A stretch of DNA of 64,000 nt from an uncultured Elusimicrobia bacterium. Its GTDB lineage: Bacteria; Elusimicrobiota; Elusimicrobia; UBA1565; UBA9628. This document shows, one piece after another, positions 61,212 to 64,000 of the stretch (positions within the stretch are counted from its first letter, which is position 1; each line of letters starts with the position of its first letter). The notes below the pieces were generated by a model. It did not search any database and was not told where the DNA came from. It saw nothing but the letters and a program-made list of their open reading frames with translations. The translations under genes were made by a program, and so were the position numbers. Location of the stretch: contig CAZURZ010000001.1 of assembly GCA_964623465.1 (NCBI GenBank), positions 1,660 through 65,659 on the forward strand, in the 5' to 3' direction.

Positions 61212-62027
61212 ATGGCCGAAATTATTGCGATCGCGAACCAAAAAGGGGGTGTGGGAAAGACCACCACCGCCGTCAATCTGGCCTCTGCTTTGGCTGTTTT
61301 GGGGCATGACACCCTCCTGATCGACATGGACCCCCAGGGCAACGCCACCTCCGGGGTGGGGTTCAATAAGCTGGAATTCGATCCGAACCTATACGATGTC
61401 CTGGTCGATCTCCTGCCCCTGGAAAAGACCATCAAACAAAGCCCGCTGCCGAAACTCTCCGCTGCGGGGTCCAATAATGATCTGGCCGGGGCCGAAATCG
61501 AGCTGGTTTCGGCTTTGGCCCGCGAGAGCCGGCTGAAAGGGGCCCTTTCGGCGGTCAAAAACAAATATGAATACGTCGTCATCGACTGCCCTCCTTCTTT
61601 AGGGCTCCTGACGGTCAATGCCCTGAACGCCTCCGACCGCATCATTATCCCGATTCAGGGGGAGTATTACTCCATGGAAGGCCTGGCCGCCTTCTTGGCC
61701 GCGGTGGACCGGATCAAGGGCGCCCTCAATCCCAAGCTCGAGGTCGAGGGGGGGGTCCTCACCATGTTCGACTCCCGCATGACCCTGTCCAACCAGGTCA
61801 AGGACGAGGTGTTCAAGTACTTCGGCCCCAAGATGTTCGGCGCCATCATCCCGCGCAACATCCGCCTGGCCGAGGCTCCCGGCTTCGGGCAGAGCATTTT
61901 CCAGTACGACCCCAAGTCCAAGGGCGCCGAGTCCTACATGGCCTTCGCCCACGAGTTCCTTTCGCGCCGCGGGAAGTCCCAACCGCCGGCCCCCGTCACC
62001 CCCGAAACCACGGAGAACCCTGCATGA
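61212..62027 (+). CDS. parA: chromosome partitioning ATPase ParA/Soj
   Basis: 271 aa; deviant Walker A KGGVGKTT. Confidence 0.9.
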   Translation: MAEIIAIANQKGGVGKTTTAVNLASALAVLGHDTLLIDMDPQGNATSGVGFNKLEFDPNLYDVLVDLLPLEKTIKQSPLPKLSAAGSNNDLAGAEIELVSALARESRLKGALSAVKNKYEYVVIDCPPSLGLLTVNALNASDRIIIPIQGEYYSMEGLAAFLAAVDRIKGALNPKLEVEGGVLTMFDSRMTLSNQVKDEVFKYFGPKMFGAIIPRNIRLAEAPGFGQSIFQYDPKSKGAESYMAFAHEFLSRRGKSQPPAPVTPETTENPA

Positions 62028-62923
62028 CCCGCAAAGCCCTCGGCCGCGGCCTGTCCGCGCTCATTCCCGCCGCTCCCAGCACGCCGACGTCCGAGACCGG
62101 CGGGAACGTCTCCGTCATAGGGGGCATCACGCGTGTGCCCGTCGACAAGATCCGCCCGAACCATCTCCAGCCCCGCCGGCACTTCGAGCCGGAGGCCCTC
62201 TCCGAGCTGGCCGCCTCCATCAAGCAGCACGGTCTGGCCCAGCCCATCGTGGTCTCCTACGACTCCGCCTCCCGCTCCTACGAGTTGATCGCCGGCGAGC
62301 GCCGCTGGCGCGCCACCCAGCTCGCCGGCCTCAAGGAGATCGACGTGGTCGTGCGCGAGCCGCGCGACGAGAAGCACCGCATGGCGCTGACCCTCATCGA
62401 GAACCTCCAGCGCGCCGACTTGAACCCCATCGAGGTCGCGCTCGGCTACCTGCGCCTCATGAAGGAGTTCGCGATCAACCAGACCGCGCTCGCCGAAGAG
62501 ATGGGGAAATCCAAGGCCGCGATTTCGAACACGTTAAGATTATTGGAACTGAGTGACGAGATTCAGAAGGCCCTGCAGTTCGCCCAGATCACCGAAGGCC
62601 ACGGCCGCGCTCTCCTCGGCATCGATGATCCCAACCTCCGCCATGCCGTGTTCCAAAAGGTTCTCGCGGACAAATTGTCCGTCCGCGAGACCGAGTCTCT
62701 TGCCCGCGAGATGGAGCTCGGTCCCGCTCCCGTCGAAGTCAAAGAGGGGAAGAAACCCGCGACCAAAGCCGCCGACCTGCGGGCTCTTGAAGAATCCCTG
62801 CAGCAGAGCCTCGGCACCAAGGTCGTGATCCGCTCCAAGAAGAATGGCGCGAAAGGCACGATCGCGATCTCGTATTTCTCCTTCGAGGACTTCGATCGCA
62901 TCATGAATATCCTTAAAAAATAA
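62024..62923 (+). CDS. parB: chromosome partitioning protein ParB/Spo0J
   Basis: 299 aa; ParB box GERRWRA and HTH region; ATGA-coupled to parA. Confidence 0.9.
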   Translation: MTRKALGRGLSALIPAAPSTPTSETGGNVSVIGGITRVPVDKIRPNHLQPRRHFEPEALSELAASIKQHGLAQPIVVSYDSASRSYELIAGERRWRATQLAGLKEIDVVVREPRDEKHRMALTLIENLQRADLNPIEVALGYLRLMKEFAINQTALAEEMGKSKAAISNTLRLLELSDEIQKALQFAQITEGHGRALLGIDDPNLRHAVFQKVLADKLSVRETESLAREMELGPAPVEVKEGKKPATKAADLRALEESLQQSLGTKVVIRSKKNGAKGTIAISYFSFEDFDRIMNILKK

Positions 62924-63918
62924 TGATAATTTCATATTTTATTCTGGCCGCGGCTCTCGCCGCGAGCGCCGCCGACGGCCTGCCGCCCGCGCTCTCCACG
63001 AGCTCGATCGTGCCGACCATCGTCACCTTGGCGCCGAACGTCCACGAGTACGAGCGCTTCGCCGACGGCGGCCCCGACGCGAACTGGTACGCGGGCTTCA
63101 ACAACGCGTGGATCGTGAAACTGCCGCCGGCGCCCGCGGGTGATTTCGCGCGCGCCTTCATCGGCGCGAAACTCGGCCGCGCGAAGACGCGCCCCGTCGC
63201 GGGCAAGCCGTGGCTGCGCGAGGTGATCCCGGGCAAGGTGTACGCCGGCATCTCGGGCTCGCCGGCGTGGTCCTCCGAGCAGAGCTTCTTCCTCGCCGAG
63301 ACGCGCGACATCCCTCTCGAAGCGGACCCGCAGGCGCGCGTCGACGGCATCGGCGGCGGCGAGTGGTTCTGGGCCGAGGTGCCGATGTCGCAGGTCAGCT
63401 TCACCCAGCCGAACTACCTCATCGTCTGGTCGCCGACGAACTACTTCACCAAGGCCTCGAGCGCGCCGATCCTGGCCGCGGCCGACATCGAGAATTCGGG
63501 AGAAACGCGCGCCTGGCTGAACCGCTCGATCCTCGGCGTGCCGCCGCGCGCCAAGGGCGCCTCCCTCGAGACGCCGCTCAACACCTTGGCGCCCGCCATC
63601 GCCATCAAGCTCGTGCCGCCCGGCCCCGACGAGCCGGCCGTCTCCGTGGCCGACTTCACCGCCGCGCGCGTGGGCAAGAGCGTGGTCGTTCGCTTCTCCG
63701 CCGCGGGCGAGGACGTCGTCGACGCCTGGGTCGAGGCCTCGCGCGACCAGCTCGAGTGGCAGCGCGTGTCGCGCCTCGGGCGGCGCCCGCCGTATACCTT
63801 CTCCCTGCCCGCCGACAAGGCCCCGCTTCCCGGCGCCTTCCTGCGCGGCGCCGCCCGCGCCGCCTCCGGCGTGGTCGGCTACTCCGAAGGCTACATGATC
63901 CCTTATGCGCCGCGGTAA
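62923..63918 (+). CDS. hypothetical secreted protein
   Basis: ATG directly after the parB stop; signal peptide. Confidence 0.5.
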   Translation: MIISYFILAAALAASAADGLPPALSTSSIVPTIVTLAPNVHEYERFADGGPDANWYAGFNNAWIVKLPPAPAGDFARAFIGAKLGRAKTRPVAGKPWLREVIPGKVYAGISGSPAWSSEQSFFLAETRDIPLEADPQARVDGIGGGEWFWAEVPMSQVSFTQPNYLIVWSPTNYFTKASSAPILAAADIENSGETRAWLNRSILGVPPRAKGASLETPLNTLAPAIAIKLVPPGPDEPAVSVADFTAARVGKSVVVRFSAAGEDVVDAWVEASRDQLEWQRVSRLGRRPPYTFSLPADKAPLPGAFLRGAARAASGVVGYSEGYMIPYAPR

Positions 63919-64000
63919 CGGGCTCGTCGTCGGCGTCGTCGGCGCCACCGGCATGGTCGGGAGAGAGCTGGTCTCGCTCCTCGACAAGAGAGGCTTCCCG
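63919..64000 (+). CDS. N-terminus of an NAD(P)-binding semialdehyde-dehydrogenase-like protein (Asd/ArgC-like), partial
   Basis: VVGVVGATGMVGRELVSLLDKRGFP Rossmann N-terminus; truncated by the window end; start codon unclear. Confidence 0.3.

Overview
This is a high-GC (about 70%) Gram-negative chromosomal segment, and the standout item is a tightly coupled seven-gene operon built around GTP cyclohydrolase I that matches no pathway I recognise. The genes run in long co-directional operons with frequent 4-nt start/stop overlaps. From 5' to 3' the window holds: a lipid A core cluster (lpxC-fabZ-lpxA-lpxI-Gfo/Idh/MocA oxidoreductase-lpxB-msbA); a short Rel/SpoT homologue; two lipoproteins; rpmB; recG; a SAM-II-like riboswitch with an intrinsic terminator upstream of cobalamin-dependent methionine synthase (metH); coaD; a run of secreted peptidases and hypothetical exported proteins; and the seven-gene operon (cyclic amidohydrolase, LOG-like protein, folE, small protein, bicupin dioxygenase, isochorismatase-family hydrolase, ThDP enzyme). 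A 45-bp direct repeat made of the 5' half of tRNA-Met flanks a 5.6-kb insertion that carries a CzcA/CusA-type RND metal efflux pump and an outer membrane factor but no membrane fusion protein and no integrase. Further downstream are rmlA, a single-ORF malate synthase-isocitrate lyase fusion, tatD, an aldehyde dehydrogenase/SDR pair, a polyamine-type cluster (deoxyhypusine-synthase-like, HDAC-family, agmatinase), two tandem wecB genes, a glycosyltransferase and an epimerase, a glutamine-synthetase-family gene, and parAB preceded by an unusual AT-rich leader with parS-like sites. Several genes appear to be leaderless, with a TATACT/TATAAT -10 element ending 6-8 nt before the start codon. Most long antisense ORFs in the supplied track are high-GC artefacts.
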